Source of the DNA: Candidatus Bathyarchaeota archaeon
Lineage (GTDB): Archaea > Thermoproteota > Bathyarchaeia > Bathyarchaeales > Bathycorpusculaceae
NCBI GenBank assembly: GCA_963720565.1
Contig: CAVRFW010000010.1
Span: 1-59,949, forward strand
DNA: 59,949 nucleotides
Direction: 5' to 3'
Of this stretch, positions 59,201 through 59,949 are shown piece by piece. The notes beneath the pieces were generated by a model, which was not told the origin of the DNA, searched no databases, and saw nothing but the letters and a program-made list of their open reading frames with translations. The first letter of the stretch is position 1, and every line of letters starts with the position of its first letter. The position numbers were made by a program, and so were the translations under genes.

Positions 59201-59790
59201 CAGCAACGAGCGGGAACTGCTTGCCAGAAAATTCCTTGAGGCTGGGCTCCACGCTCAGGAAACAACGTTTTTCGTCACCGCTGAACCAGGAACTACTAAG
59301 GCTTTTGTCAAGCGATACCCCTCTGGCTTTCATCTCTTGAGTCTGCAATTCCCAAGCCGACAGCATCATACAGAACATGCCCAACGTATACAAGCTGAAA
59401 GGTGTAGAAAACCTTACCGATATAGATATTGCACTAACCAAAATGTTTCGTATTCAGAAAACCCAAGCCACTGGTCCGAGGCGACTGTGTATCAATAACA
59501 TATCAGATATTCTTCTCCAACATCACGCTTTGGCTACAAGACGATGGCTAACCTCGCTTTTGCCAACGTTGAAGTCTAATGGCTTCACTGTTCTGGCCGT
59601 TATTGACTCTGGGATGCACACCAGAGAGGAAATGCAGGCTGTTCTAAGTGTTTTCGACGGGGAAATAATGCTTTCAGAAAGAGAAACTCCAGAAGGCACA
59701 AAACAGGTCCTGAAGGTCAAAAAACTTTGTAACCAGAGATTCTCTGACAAAGAGCTAATTGTCACCAGCGAAAAACTTGCAAAAAAATAG
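56237..59790 (+). CDS. STAND-class AAA ATPase - TPR - Ig-like - degenerate KaiC/RAD55 multidomain protein (many frameshifts)
   Basis: LVGREHEL, GEAGSGKT, LFLEDVHWAD, GNPLF, AASVIG, AHHFSQAG TPRs, LDLVNV...YIDDLG Ig domain, TGYSALDHLLFGGIP KaiC-like C-terminus. Confidence 0.8.
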
Positions 59791-59949
59791 ATCTAAAAAG
59801 TGTGAGCGTCTTTCTAAACAATTTTCTCATTGAGATGTTACTAGCAAACACGGCACAGTCAGCCCAGGCGACATCGCCAACTGTTAACAAAGAAAAACGG
59901 GGCGGTTGTTATGGTTCGTTGGGTCTTTGGTGAAGAAGAAGATAATGGC

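Overview
Archaeal chromosomal segment, most consistent with Bathyarchaeia (Thermoproteota). The taxonomy is inferred from S25e, Rpo6, a thermosome, the tetraether synthase Tes and typical secreted proteins with EPFP-TM-basic C-terminal anchors. About 5.9-21.6 kb is a housekeeping block: ribophorin-I-like protein, ferredoxin, TrmB, tes, rps25e, DegT, trpB2, thermosome, rpoK, pyrC. The rest is accessory: surface proteins, tiny Zn-finger and HTH genes, redox enzymes, a Mg2+ P-type ATPase, an ECF transporter, a bacterial-type clpB and two giant TPR-Ig proteins. Many genes carry single-base frameshifts that look like long-read errors. No intact tRNA, rRNA, CRISPR array or integrase was seen. The main finding is at 40.6-45.6 kb, where eight same-orientation ~45-65 bp repeats (A-run, GGGATT, GCGGGAGACATCTC, then a tRNA T-loop/3'-end-like GGTTCAAATCCC) divide the DNA into seven intervals. 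Each interval holds exactly one gene or one toxin-antitoxin pair, suggesting an integron-like or tRNA-att-derived gene cassette array. GCGCGC motifs at accessory gene junctions, orphan C-terminal gene fragments and local strand-skew flips hint at further modular gene shuffling.
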